Below, piece by piece: positions 34,268-46,064 of a stretch of 64,000 bases of DNA. Position 1 is the first letter of the stretch, and every line of letters begins with the position of its first letter. The stretch lies in assembly GCF_964213995.1 (NCBI RefSeq), contig NC_135803.1, forward strand, positions 20,336,001-20,400,000, read 5' to 3'. Below the pieces are notes generated by a model that was not told the DNA's origin, did not search any database, and worked only from the letters and a program-made list of their open reading frames with translations. The translations under genes and the position numbers were made by a program. Source of the stretch: Mustelus asterias. Its lineage: Eukaryota.

Positions 34268-36447
34268 ACAAACAAGGGAAACCAGGGATAGTGTTAAAGC
34301 CAAAGAGGAGGCATATAAACTGGACAGAAAAAGCAGCAAACCTGAGGACTGGGAGAATTTTAAAATCCAGCAGAGGAGGACAAAGGGTTTAATTCGGAAG
34401 GGAAAATAGAATATGAGAGTAGACTTGCAGGAAACATAAAAACTGACTGCAAAAGCTTCTATAGATATGTGAAGAGAAAAGACTTGTGAAGACAAATGTA
34501 AGTCTCTTATAGTTAGAATCAGGTGAATTCGTAATGGGCAATAAAGAGATGGCAGACCAGCTGACCAAAGACTTTAGACCTGAATTCACTAAGGAGGACA
34601 CAAATAACCTTCCAGAATTACTAGGGGACAGAGGGTCGAGCATGAAGGAAGAACTAAAAGAAATCCTTATTAGTCAGGAAATTGTATTGGGGAAATTGCT
34701 GGGATTAAAATCTGAAAGTCCCCAGGGCCTGATGCTCTGCATCCCAGTGTACTCAAGGAAGTGGCCCTAGAAATAGTGGACACATTATTGCATTTTCCAG
34801 TGTCCTATTCCTGTGGATTGGAGCTAACGTAACCCCACTTTTTAAAAAAAGAGGGAGAGAAGACCGGGAATTTAGACCGGTTAGTCTGACATCGGTGGTG
34901 GGGAAAATGCTGGGGTCAATTATTAAGGATGATATAACTGAGCCTTTGGAAAGCAGTGACAGGATCGGTCTGAGTCAGCATGGATTCACTAAGAGGAAAT
35001 CATGCTTGAAAAATCTTCTGGAACATTTTGAGGATGTGACCAATAGAGTGGACAAGAGTGAACCAGTGGATGTTGTGTATCTGGACTTTCAAAAGGCTTT
35101 TGACAAGATCCCACACAGGAGATTAATGAGCAAGATTAAAGCTCATGGTATTGGGGGTAATGTATTGACGTGGTTAGAGATCTGGTTGGCAGACAGGAAG
35201 TAGAATAAATAGGTTCTTTTCAGAGTGGCAGGCAGTGACTAGTGGGGTACCGCAGGGTTCAGTGCTGGGACCCAGCTATTCACAATATACATTAATGATT
35301 TAGAACATAGAACATTACAGCGCAGTGAAGGAATTGAATGCAATATCTCCAAATTTGCAGATGACACTAAGCTGGGTGCAGTGTGTGCTGTGAGGAGGAT
35401 GCTGAGAGGCTCCAGGGTGACTTGGACAGGCTTGCTGGGAGGTCAAATACTTGGCAAATGCAATATAATGTGGATAGATGTGAGGTTATCCACTTTGGTG
35501 GCAAAAACAGGAAGGAAGATTATTATCTGAATGGTGGCAGTTTAGGAAAAGGGGAAGTGCAATGTGACCCAGGTGTCATGGTGGAACAGTCGCTGAAGGT
35601 TGGCATGTAGGTACAGCAGGCGGTGAGGAAAGCTAATGGCACGCTGGCCTTCATAGCAAGAGGATTTGCATATAGGAGTAAGGATGTCTTATTGCAATTA
35701 TACCGTGCCTTGGTGAGGCCACACCTTGAGTATTGTGTGCAGTTTTGGTCTCCTGGTCTGAGGAAAGACATTCTTGCTATTGAGGGAGTCCAGCGAAGGT
35801 TGACCCGACTGATTCCTGGAATGGCAGGACTGACGTATGAAGAGAGACTGGATCAACTGGGCTTGCACTCACTGGAATTTAGAAGAATGAGGGGGAATCT
35901 CATAGAAACATATAAAACCCTGACGAGACTGGACAGGCAAGATGTGAGAAGAATGTTCCCAATGTTGGGCAAGTCCAGAACTAGGGGTCACCATCTAAGA
36001 ATAAGGGGTAAGCCATTCAGGGCTGAGATGAGGAAGAACTTCTTCACTCAGAGAGTTGTGAACCTGTGGAATTCTCTACCACAGAAAGCTGTTGGGGCCA
36101 GTTCATTAGATATGTTGAAGAGGGAACTGGAGGTGGCCCTTGCGACTAAAGGGATCAAGGGGCATGGAGAGAAAGTGGGGATGAGATACTAAAGGTGCAT
36201 GATCAACCATGATCATATTGAATGGTGGTGCAGGCTCCAAGGGCCAAATGGCCTACTCCTGCACCCATTTTCTATGTTTCTATGTAAAACTACCTCTGCT
36301 TCCTCACCGTGCTCCACTGTTGAATATATTCAAGGCTGAGATAGATTTTTGGTCTCTCAGAAAATTTAGGGCTGGGGGAGTGCACAGGAAGATGGAGCTG
36401 ACACCAAGGATATTACTGAACGGCGGAGCAGACTTGAGGACCAATAC

Positions 36448-37721
36448 GGGCCGGGATTTTCCTCTCCTGCTGTTGTCAGGCGGATTCAGCGACAGGAGTG
36501 GAAAATCCTGCAAGAACTCACAAATCATAGAAACATAGAAGCAGGAGGAGGCCATTCAGCCCTTCGAGCCTGATCCACCATTAATTATGATCATGGCTGA
36601 TCATCAAATTCAATATACTGATCCCACCTTCCCCCCCCCCCCCCCCCACCTATCTCTTGACCCCTTTACCCAAAGAGCTATATCTGATTTCTTCTTGAAA
36701 TCAGACAACATTTTGACCTCAACTACATTCTGTGGTAGTGATTTCCACACATTCACCACCCTCTGGGTGAAGTAATTTCTCCTTACCTCAGTTCTAAAAG
36801 GTTTACCCCTTATCCTCAAACTATGGCTCGCAGTTCTGGACTCCCCCAGCATCGGAAACATTCTTTCTGAATCTACCCTGTCGAACCCTGTTAGAATTTT
36901 ATAAGTTTCTATGAGGTGCCCTCTCACTCTTCTAAACCCCAGTGAATATAATGCTAACCGACTTAGTCTCTCCTCATATGACAGACCTGCCATCCCAGGA
37001 ATCAGCCTTCGCTGTACTTCCTCTATAGCAAGGATATCCTTCCTCAGATAAGGACACTAAAACTGCACACAAATCGTGTTTCACGCTGACGTCAATGTGT
37101 GTTGCGTTTGTCCCCTCCCCCTGTCACCGATGGGGGTGGGGGCTGTTTCCCAATGTTCAACATCAGGAACTTCATTTGAGCATCCAATTATCAGGCCTCT
37201 AGGTCTGAATCATCGTCCCCACCCCCCACGTCCACCAACACCCCCCCGTTCAGAAAATCTATTCACGCTGGTGTGAGTGCACAATTGCATTAATGACGAC
37301 TGGTCTCTTCAAGTGAGCACCTGGCGAACAGGCCTCCCAGGACAGTTCAGCTGAGTGCAGCTCTCGGAGGGAGGTCGGGGGGGGAGGCAGTCATGCTCTG
37401 GGCAAAACCCGGACTCTAACCCCTGGCACTGACCCTGGCACTGCCCAGGCAATGCTGTTGGGGTGGAGAGTTCCAGATGAATTCCTTCCTTCGCGCTTGG
37501 GCGGCCTTTAAAAATGGCACCCCGATATTCGAGGGATTAAGGTGCTAGGGGGGCAAACCAATCAGAGGCTGTCCCGCCAGCATCACCTCATGGGACAGGC
37601 GCCTTTACGATTTTTACTCTAAGTGTGGAACCATATTGCTGAGAAAACTATTATTGATGCCAGTTCCAATGACGCCTTTCCCCCGACATAGACGTTTTCT
37701 GATTTCTGGAAAATTCCGCCC
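36448..37721. mobile_element. Putative non-autonomous Harbinger-like element containing a nested CR1 fragment
   Basis: Termini GGGCCGGGATTTTCC and GGAAAATTCCGCCC are imperfect TIRs; subterminal hairpin at ~36454-36509; GC-rich body. Confidence 0.5.
36525..37070 (-). mobile_element. CR1-type LINE 3' fragment
   Basis: ORF 36610-36993 (MAGLSYEERLSRLALYSL...TQRVVNVWKSLPQ) plus tail. Confidence 0.9.
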
Positions 37722-37854
37722 ATGTTTTTACCATCTTATGTGTGCCTCAGTGACGTTCCCCCAGAATTGTTGAAACTCACCTCCATTTTGTGAAGCTGTG
37801 CCCTGAGCTAAGCTGATCTTTCTCTTCACCCTACCTGTAAGTGCAACACGACAG

Positions 37855-37978
37855 CCGGAATTTTACCGTCCCGCCCACCACGGGAATCGGAGCGGGTGAG
37901 GGCACACTTTCAAAAGGCCCATTGACCTCGGGCGGGATTTTAGGGTTTCAGGACGAGCGAGGCCATAAAATCCCGCCC
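37855..37978. mobile_element. ~125-bp Harbinger-like MITE
   Basis: TIR-like ends GCCGGAATTTTA and TAAAATCCCGCC, with an internal third copy GGCGGGATTTTA. Confidence 0.6.
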
Positions 37979-37981
37979 TAT

Positions 37982-38432
37982 ATTCTGCACCCTCTCCTTT
38001 CCTTCTCCCCTCTGTACTCTATGAATGGTATGTTTTGTCTATATAGTGCGCAAGAAACAATACTGTTCATGCATTTGGGGCGGCGCAGTGGTTAGCACTG
38101 CTGCCTCACAGCATCAGGGACCCAGGTTTGATTCCCGGCTTGGGTCACTGTCTGTGTGGAGTTTGCACATTCTCCCCATGTCTGCGTGGGTTTCCTGCGA
38201 GTGCTCCGATTTTCTCCCACAATCCAAAGATGTGCAGGTTAGGGGGGATTGGCCATGCTAAATTGCCCCTTAGTGTCAGGGGACTAGCTAGGGTGAATGC
38301 ATGGGGTTATGGGGATAGGGCCTGGGTAGGATTGTGTTCGGCATAGACTCGATGGTCCGAATGGCCTCCTTCTGCACTGTAAGATTCTTTGTATCCCAGT
38401 ACGTGTGACAATAATAAATCAAATCAAATCAA
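37982..38432 (+). mobile_element. Rex1-type tail (+) interrupted by a full HE1 SINE (38077-38390, +)
   Basis: ATTCTGCACCCTCTCC...CAAGAAACAATACT, then HE1, then GTATCCCAGTACGTGTGACAATAAT(AAATC)n. Confidence 0.85.
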
Positions 38433-39019
38433 ACCTGTGCTGTCAAACTGGGAACTCTGTCCCGGGATGGTGCCGTGTGCTGTAAGGGCAATGTATCCCG
38501 AAGCTCTCCTCATTGCTTTGAAGTGGAGGTTCTTGCTCTGATCCATGCAGTATGCTCTGATGCAGTCACTCAGCTCACACTGCAAGCTGCATGCACTGAG
38601 GTAGTATTCCCAGCCGGGAACTTGCTGACCTTGCCTTTTCCTAAAGAGAATAACAAATATCTGCCTCTCGATTTAATGAATTTAAATCCAATCAATGGCC
38701 CCTTCCTGCAATCAAAGCGATCAGTCAGATGACAAGGAAATGTAAAGTCAGTGACAAAGGATATTCCATCAAATGTTCCAATCCCGTGCTGGAGGTTTTA
38801 GTAACCAGTTTCTCATTAGCAAGTCTATTATTTTCTCTTTTCGCGCTGTCCCCAGATATGCTGGTTTGAATGCAAAGAGCACGCTCTGCACTAACAGCTG
38901 TCAACTGTGTTTGTCCGACCAGTGAATAGCTGGGAATTAATTTGATTTGTCCTGAAAATGACCAAGGAGCATGTGCTGATCAGAATGTGCCCATTCCAAG
39001 TACAATGGATTCATAGGGA

Positions 39020-39532
39020 ATGGTCCCTATGCTTCAAGAAGACGACCATCATCCCGGTACCTAAGAAAAACCAAGCAGCGTGCCTTAATGACTATCGGCC
39101 GGTGGCTCTGACATCCATCATTATGAAGTGCTTTGAAAGGCTAGTCATGGCACAAATCAATTCCAGCCTCCCAGACTACCTGGATCCACTACAGTTCGTG
39201 TATCGCCGCAACAGGTCCACAGCAGACGCCATCTCCCTGGCCCTGCACTCAACCCTGGAACACCTAGATAACAAGGGCACCTATGTCAGACTCCTATTTA
39301 TTGTCTATAGCTCAACCTTCAACACTAATATTCCTACAAAACTCATCTCCAAACTCCGTGGCCTGGGCCTCGGCACCTCCCTCTGCGACTGAATCCTAAA
39401 CTTCCTAACTCACAGACCACAATCAGTAAAGATAGGCAACAACACCTCCTCCATGATCATCCTCAACACTGGTGCTCCACAAGGCTGTGTTCTTCTCAGC
39501 CCCCTACTATACTCCTTATACACCTATGACTG
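39020..39532 (+). mobile_element. Rex1/Babar-type LINE reverse transcriptase fragment
   Basis: [13 protein letters not shown]...[21 protein letters not shown]...[17 protein letters not shown]...YVRLLF..YSS.FNT, then TGAPQGCVL after an in-frame stop. Confidence 0.9.
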
Positions 39533-39825
39533 TCGTTGGTGAGGGAATTAAACCCCTGATGAGATTAACTTAATCCCTGAGTCTGTCCTACTGTCCACCA
39601 CACTCACATGTGCGATATGATCCTGACAGATAATCAAGTTGATCTTCTCCCTCCCAGTCGTTTCGTAGGTCACAGTGGCACACTCCAGGTTTGCCAATAT
39701 GCAAAGCACCACAATGATCACTTGTGCTCACCCATGTGAAAAGGTGAGGGCAAAATTGCTGCAGGTTGGCATTGGACTTGAAGGTTGGATTCTTAACCGA
39801 TGCAGCGGTGGCTACAGTGTGATTA

Positions 39826-40020
39826 TTTGATTTGATTTGATTTATTATTGTCACATGTATTGATATACAGTGAAAAGTATTGTTTCTTGTGCGCTATACA
39901 GACAAAGCATACCGTTCATAGAGAAGGAAACAAGAGAGTGCAGAATGTAGTGTTACAGTCATAGCTAGGGTGTAGAGAAAGATCAACTTAATGCGAGGTA
40001 GGTCCATTCAAAAGTCTGAT
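39826..40020 (-). mobile_element. Rex1-type LINE 3' tail
   Basis: (ATTTG)n plus conserved tail sequence. Confidence 0.85.
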
Positions 40021-40252
40021 TGTAGAGAGAAGATAGAATTGAAATGGCCAGGATGTGTAGCATGAGGATCGAAGAGTTATAACTTTGATTGAAAACCCCT
40101 CAACCAGGACTTCTTCTTAGCTTTTTTAAATTGACCTTCAAGGGTGAAACCATGATCGTTCAAGTGATTCACCCAGGCTAGGGTAGGGTCAGGGATCTGG
40201 GTGGTCAATGAGGTTAAACCGAGACTTTACCTGATGCAATTTCTCAAAGCCA

Positions 40253-40277
40253 TCTGGGCCTTTTGGCTAAGATCAAG
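40253..40277 (+). pseudogene. U2 snRNA 5' fragment (U2 nt ~7-31)
   Basis: GGCCTTTTGGCTAAGATCAAG (40257-40277) is identical to vertebrate U2 snRNA nt 11-31 as I recall it. The sequence diverges before the branch-recognition motif GTAGTA, so this is not a U2 gene. Confidence 0.75.
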
Positions 40278-40538
40278 CCCAGGATAGGGTGCGATGCCTC
40301 ATCTTGTCAGCTTGGATCTTGTTTGTCCCTCTCGTGGGGACCATGAAATAGATTCCATTTGAATTTGGTTTTTTGGATCAAATAAAAATATTTAAGAAAT
40401 AAATAAACTCGAAATAGGTTAGCATTTTTCAACCAAAACTAGTTGCTCCCATTTCACATCAAACCTGCTCATATTCTAAGTTGTTGAGTTGCTAAGCTTA
40501 TTTGAAACTATTTTCTAGTTATGTATGCAGAATAGTCA

Positions 40539-40681
40539 TGATGTGGAGATGCCGGCGTTGGACTGGGGTAAACACAGTAAGAAGTTTAACAACACCAGGT
40601 TAAAGTCCAACAGGTTTATTTGGTAGCAAAAGCCACACAAGCTTTTGGAGCTCCAAGCCCCTTCTTCAGGTGAGTCTCAAC
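40539..40681 (-). mobile_element. Penelope-like terminal insertion, subfamily B, with mutated hammerhead (40636-40672)
   Basis: Tail plus pLTR-like end; 13-bp TSD TGCAGAATAGTCA at 40526-40538 and 40682-40694; hammerhead GAAA changed to AAAA (CpG-type decay). Confidence 0.85.
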
Positions 40682-41621
40682 TGCAGAATAGTCAACAGGA
40701 GAGCATAATGCACGTTTAGTGAAATGACAACATCACTGGTCCTGCTAATCTGGCGCTGCAAATGCACTTTACTTTTTATCTTTCGAAAGATATTGGAAAA
40801 TTTCAAGAGCTTGCACTGAAATAATTTGGTCAGCTTCAGATAGTGATCAGTTTACACTGTGACACCCGACGGAAAGGAAAACACAGCAGTCTGCTTTCAC
40901 AGCACGCCGTGCCAGTTCCAGGAGCTGTTTCAGCTTGCGGTGATGGCAGCATTTAACAAAGGCTACGCACTGTCAGAATGTTCTGATGGTACACCTTTAA
41001 CTAAAAGAAGGCAATCTGACAGGCAGGATTGCTGTCGCAATACCAAAGGTACTTCTGTATTGTGGTTGGGACTCCTAGACAGCAACACTCAAGTGGTAAT
41101 CCGTGACACGCGGAGGGCTGGGGGTGGGCGAGCCTTGCTGTTTACTCTTCTCTGCAGTTGAGTGCTTTGGAAGGAACATTTAGTCCCTCAAGTTATTCTG
41201 CCATTCAGTTGAATCATGATTGAGCTATATCTCAACTCCATTTACCCATTCCCCTCAATATCCTTAAATCAACATATGAGGCTAATCCAAGACATGATTA
41301 TTTTTCATACCACTGGTTCCTGTTCTTGTAACAAGAATCAGGAGGCACATTGTTTGCCTTATTGTAGTGTTCTCGGTGTTGGCACACTTCTGCTATGAAC
41401 ATCCCATCATCGATTTTAAAAATAACACAAAAATGGAGAGACACTCAGGCTAGACTTTGTTACACACTTTCTTTTAGGCACTTGTTGTTCAACACAATAG
41501 CATTTTTGTCTGGTATGTTTTTATTGTCAAGTGCTCTTTGTTGTGGACAAGAATTTTGCATTGAGAAGCTTAATTAAAAAGGTTAGAGACTTCCAAAGTT
41601 TCCCGAATATTGAAGCATGAA

Positions 41622-42417
41622 GGGGCAATCTTCCCAAAAACATACAAAGTGCTGAACGAGCGTGAAAACGGAAGAGAATCGCGCCCACCTTTTGGGCGAG
41701 CTCCCGGATGTAATTGTATGGCACATAGAAAATAAAATGATCCCAAATGTGATTCTCACCAGCAGGGGCAGTGGCTGGAGCTTATTCACACCGGGAAGCT
41801 GGTTGCTGAGCTGTACGAGCACCATTGCGCAGGTCTCCAATCTCCCAGTGCACCATGTACTGGGAGACCTGTCACCCACCCTGATTGCCCCCTGGACATT
41901 GCCACATCACCCCCCATCCCCCTGATCGCCGACCCACCGATTCCTGATCAGAGTACCGCCCTCACTACGGAGCTCCTCCGCCTTGCGTCCCCATCATGGA
42001 CCCGCTCCTACCCCATCATGGACTCTCCCACTTCAGACCCCCGTCTAAGCATTGCCTGGTGCCAAGTGGGCAGTGCCAGGGTACCAATGGACAGTGCCAG
42101 GCTGGTGACAGTGTCCCTCCATCCACCTGTGTTGGGGGGGGGGGGGAGGGGTGGTGGCACTGCCACTAGCCGGTGAGGACATCCACCAGCAAGCAGGTAA
42201 GTTCAAGTGAGCCCGCATGATTGCGTCTGGGACTCACTAATTACGTTGAAATCAGCTAATGAATATTTAATCAGCCTCGCACCCTTCCTGGTTGTGAGGC
42301 CGATTTCGCCGGCAGAACGGGGTAACATCGCGAAAGCCGAGAAACCGGGAGCGAGCCCGATTTTTGCCCCTTCCCGATCTTACCAGCTTGTCACGCCGGA
42401 GCTGGTAAGATTGCCCC
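41622..42417. mobile_element. Non-autonomous Harbinger-like DNA transposon
   Basis: TIRs GGGGCAATCTT (41622-41632) and AAGATTGCCCC (42407-42417); CpG-rich body; subterminal hairpin ATCTTACCAGCT...AGCTGGTAAGAT at ~42378-42411. Confidence 0.65.
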
Positions 42418-43019
42418 CTGGAGATCGCCCTCCACTCTGAGGAATACTGGGGGTATAATGGGAGCTGCATAGCAACATTCAGTTAGCACCATTTTCAATA
42501 AAGCATTGAGGATAAATGCAGGAAGATGACATTGCAAAGGATAATTGAAAGGATGAGTTTATCTGATTCAGATCACACAATGGAATTTTTTTCACAAAGT
42601 ATAGTATTCTTAAAGCCCCGGGAATTCTGAGGAACTCAAGGTCCATTTCTGCAGCAGCCTCCTTCCTCTCACCTTCTGTTTTGTGGCGTACTGTACTCTT
42701 ATTCCTTTCCAGTTTCCATATTACATCCTTGCATCTATAGGGACTTCCAAAGGAAGATGATTACTCAAAATCTTAAAAATACTTCTAAGATTAATGGTTC
42801 CCATTTGAGGGGGCAAGAGGAGGATGAATGCTGTTATTACATAGCAATTGTAGTCTATTTACAGAAACAATCACTTCTAGTATTTACACAAGTCAACAGA
42901 TTTTCATCAGGCAACTTTATTTGGCTAGAATGATGACCAACTGGAGTTGAATTAATGTCAGCAAGGTGATGGTGAATCAAGCACCCACCCCGCCTCCCCC
43001 CACACACACACCCCCTCAG

Positions 43020-43255
43020 ACAGACCAGGAGAGATCCCAGCGACTATTTGAAAAAGAGCAACAGAGTTCTTGCCAAATGTTGCAGCCAATATTTGTGGCT
43101 CAAACAAATGATCTGGCCATCGTTGCATTTCTGTTAGTGGGAGCTTGGGGGAGGGGGCGGGAGGAGGGAATGTGCAAATTCCCTGCTGTGTTCCCTACGT
43201 TGCCACTTCAAAAAGTCCTTCAGGTACTTTGGGAGATCGTGAAAGCTGCTATATC
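43020..43255 (+). mobile_element. Ancient Deu-domain SINE fragment
   Basis: GATCCCAGCGACTATTTGAAAAAGAGCA...CCAATATTT...GATCTGGCCAT...TGGGAGCTTG...TGTGCAAATT..CTGCTGTGTTCCCTAC...GTGAAAGCTGCTATAT. Confidence 0.55.
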
Positions 43256-43257
43256 AC

Positions 43258-43545
43258 TGCACGGTGGCACAGTGGTTAGCACTGCTGTCTCACAGCGCCA
43301 GGGACCCAGGTTCGATTCCTAGCTTGGAGTCTGCACGTTCTCCCCGTGTCTGCGTGGGTTTCCTCCAGGTGTTCTGGTTTCCTCCCGCAGTCTGAAAGAC
43401 GTGCTGGTTAGATACATTGGCCGTGTTAAATTCTCCCTCAGTGTACCCGAACAGGCGCCGGAGTGTGGTGACTAGGGGATTTTCACAATAACTTCATTGC
43501 AGTGTTAATGTAAGCCAACTTGTGACACTAATAAATAAACCTTTA
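43258..43545 (+). mobile_element. V-SINE, type B tail
   Basis: Head, partial V-core and tail CGGAGTGTGGTGACTAGGGGATTTTCACA...AATAAATAAACC. Confidence 0.88.
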
Positions 43546-43989
43546 AAAATTTTGTAGAATCTTCTGACTATATTGATTCATTGTTTAACCCAGTTGAAGA
43601 CACACATTTGAATCAGGGAGAGTTTCATATTAGCGTTTTGAGTCCTCCATTTAATACAGAGCTCGTCACACTGAGCTGAAATAAAAATAAACTGAGTTGT
43701 CTGGCTATGAGAGGTGGCACAGAACGAAAATAAAGATAACCAAAATTATCAAAATGCTCCAATAGAGTGTGTGCCTGGGTCCACTAGTCAAGAAAACTGA
43801 TGTATAGGAAGTGGCAAGATAGCTTTGGTGTCTCTGATAATTGGTGATTATCACTGCTTCTTCTGGACAGCCTATTCCCTGGAGGTTCATTTAAAAGCAG
43901 AATTTTATATGTGCCTTGCTGAGCTGACAACTTCTAATTGCTTTACTTAACCTTAGATAAGCGAAAAGATTTATTTTGAATTAAGGGTT

Positions 43990-44670
43990 ATTAAAAGTAC
44001 TTCTAACAACTTTATCACAGCCAGTGCAGTACGTTAAAATTATAGTCACTGTCGGAATAGAGAGAAATGTGACAGCCAATTTGTTATAGTGGTGCTAATT
44101 GATGGATAAATGTAGCCCATGATGCCAAGTTAACTCCCTTGTTCTTCTTCCATGGAATACCGCAAGATTTCTTGCGTCTGCTTGAAAAAGTAGATAGGAT
44201 TGGGGGTGGCACGGTGGCACAGTGGTTAGCACTGCTGCCTCACAGCGCCAGGGACCTGGGTTTGAATCCCGGCTTGGGTCACTGTCTGTGTGGAGTTTGC
44301 ACGTTCTCCCTGTGTCTGCGTGGGTTTCCTCCGGGTGCTCCGGTTTCCTCCCACAGTCTGAAAGATGTGCTGGTTAGGTGCGTTGGCCTGAACAGGCACT
44401 GGAATATGGCAACTAGGGGATTTTCACAGTAGCTTAATTGCCGTGTTAATGTAAGCCTTACTTATGACTAATAAATAAACTTTAAACTTTAAAAAAAAGG
44501 ACCCAAGGTGTGATGTCTAATCGAAAAAAAACAGCACCTTTGATGGTGCAGCAGTCCCTCAGTACTGCACTGATGTGTCACCTCTGATCAGGTGCTCAAA
44601 TCTCTGGAGTGGAACTAAACACCACTCCAGAGATTCTGACTCCTAGGAGAGATCGACCACTGAACCATGA
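43990..44670 (-). mobile_element. Ancient Deu-domain SINE split by a type B V-SINE (44203-44495, +)
   Basis: CAGCACCTTTGATGGTGCAGCAGTCCCTCAGTACTGCACTG...GTGCTCAAATCTCTGGAGTGG (head, minus strand), with Deu-like body at 44020-44200. Confidence 0.55.
44203..44495 (+). mobile_element. V-SINE, type B tail
   Basis: Full head, V-core and tail ending ATAAATAAACTTTAAACTTTAAAA. Confidence 0.9.
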
Positions 44671-46064
44671 TGAAAACCATAGAAACTTCTGCTGCTTGTT
44701 CGGTTCGATCAACAGGTTGGTTACATAAGAAAGTAGTTCAGATCTTTCTGCAGTTTTTTTTGCCCTGATGGTTCAGCACTCTTTGTTCTTTGAGAAGCCC
44801 TTTATTCTTGATATAATGAAGGGATAGAGCATTTTCCTCAGCTACAACGTTTGCTTTAACTTCAGCATAGTTTAATAACATGGAATGCCGACTCCTTTAC
44901 TCATCCTCCGGAATCTATCTGCTGTGAAACAATCATATTTGTAATGTATATAGTAAGCCTTGGGACATTTATAGTCTCTGTCACCTTCTGTGTGCACATG
45001 AAGGAAAGAGAACAGTTCACTCAGTGTTGTGCATGTCTCGATGTTCAATCTTGCGTGTACAGAATATGAGAAGGAGCAATTCATTGCTGTCTGCAATAGT
45101 GTTTCTCAGTTGTCACCTCCTGCACATGTACAGTATTCACCAAGGAACCTTATATCATTCACATCCATCTGGTACTGTGTGACTTGTGTATGTCTCCCAA
45201 TTCGCTTCCATCTGGTTCTCTGCAACTCGTGTGTCTCAAGTTATGCTCTTATATAACATTGCCAGAGAATAATTTCAATGGCAATGTGCTAAATTCTATT
45301 AGCACTATTTGCATCAAGAGATATGGTAGGGTACAGAATATATTTATACATTACTGCAGTTTTGCTGTGTGTTGCGAAACATTTACGTGCTCTTTTGTAG
45401 AGAAACGCACATTATGCCAGGCTAGATTGGGTTAATGTATAAAAGCATCTGTCAATAGGTTGCGACATGTAAAAATGATTACAGCATACTCTATGACCTC
45501 CTATGGCTTTGCTCAGGGTAATGTGACATCTGGTGCACAGATGTGATGTCGATCTCTTTAAGGCGATCGTACCATATTCTTTGCGTGGGAAATGTCTAAA
45601 AAGATACATCAGGAAGTTAACTCGAGGCTAGCTGTTCGGGGGAAATTTAAATAAATCAACTGATCCTGTCTTCAGATGGTTCAGTCTTGCAGAAGAATCA
45701 ATAGCAAATGGCTGGAATCCTTCCTTTTGCTTAATAAGCTTGGCAGTGTGACATCTGAATTTGTGTTAGGCACACTTGGCTTTTTAATATATACTCACAG
45801 AGTTGCTGTGGTATTGCTTATGCAGCATTAGAAGACATTGTAGAGCTGCAGAGGAACCAATATTTGACATTTCAAAAATGGAAAGGGAATAATCAAAAAT
45901 TTGGCAGAGTTGAAGAAGAGTCTTGAGGTTTTCCAGCACTCAGGATGGAGCTTCTGGGCTTCGACTACACTTGTATAGGGGATGGCCGGCAGGATTCCAC
46001 AGTAGCAAGGAGGGGGTGTACTGAGGGTTGATACTGGGAAGGAAGACTTTGAGGTTTAGTATCA

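Larger units (their letters stand above)
33860..36285 (+). mobile_element. CR1-type LINE ORF2 pseudogene interrupted by two Penelope-like insertions
   Basis: ORFs 34534-34770, 34895-35203 (YLDFQKAFDKIPH), 35383-35610 and 35623-36192, with a (TTTCTATG)n tail. The 5' part (...GGCTGCTCATCCATG) resumes after 34267. Confidence 0.9.

Noticed and set aside
39565-39600. CTGATGAG followed by a small hairpin (GATTAA-C-TTAATC), resembling a hammerhead start
   Set aside because: No GAAA follows the hairpin and there is no stem I complement, so the core is incomplete.
40253-40440. Functional U2 snRNA gene
   Set aside because: Similarity stops at U2 nt 31; the branch-point recognition sequence and 3' stem-loops are absent.
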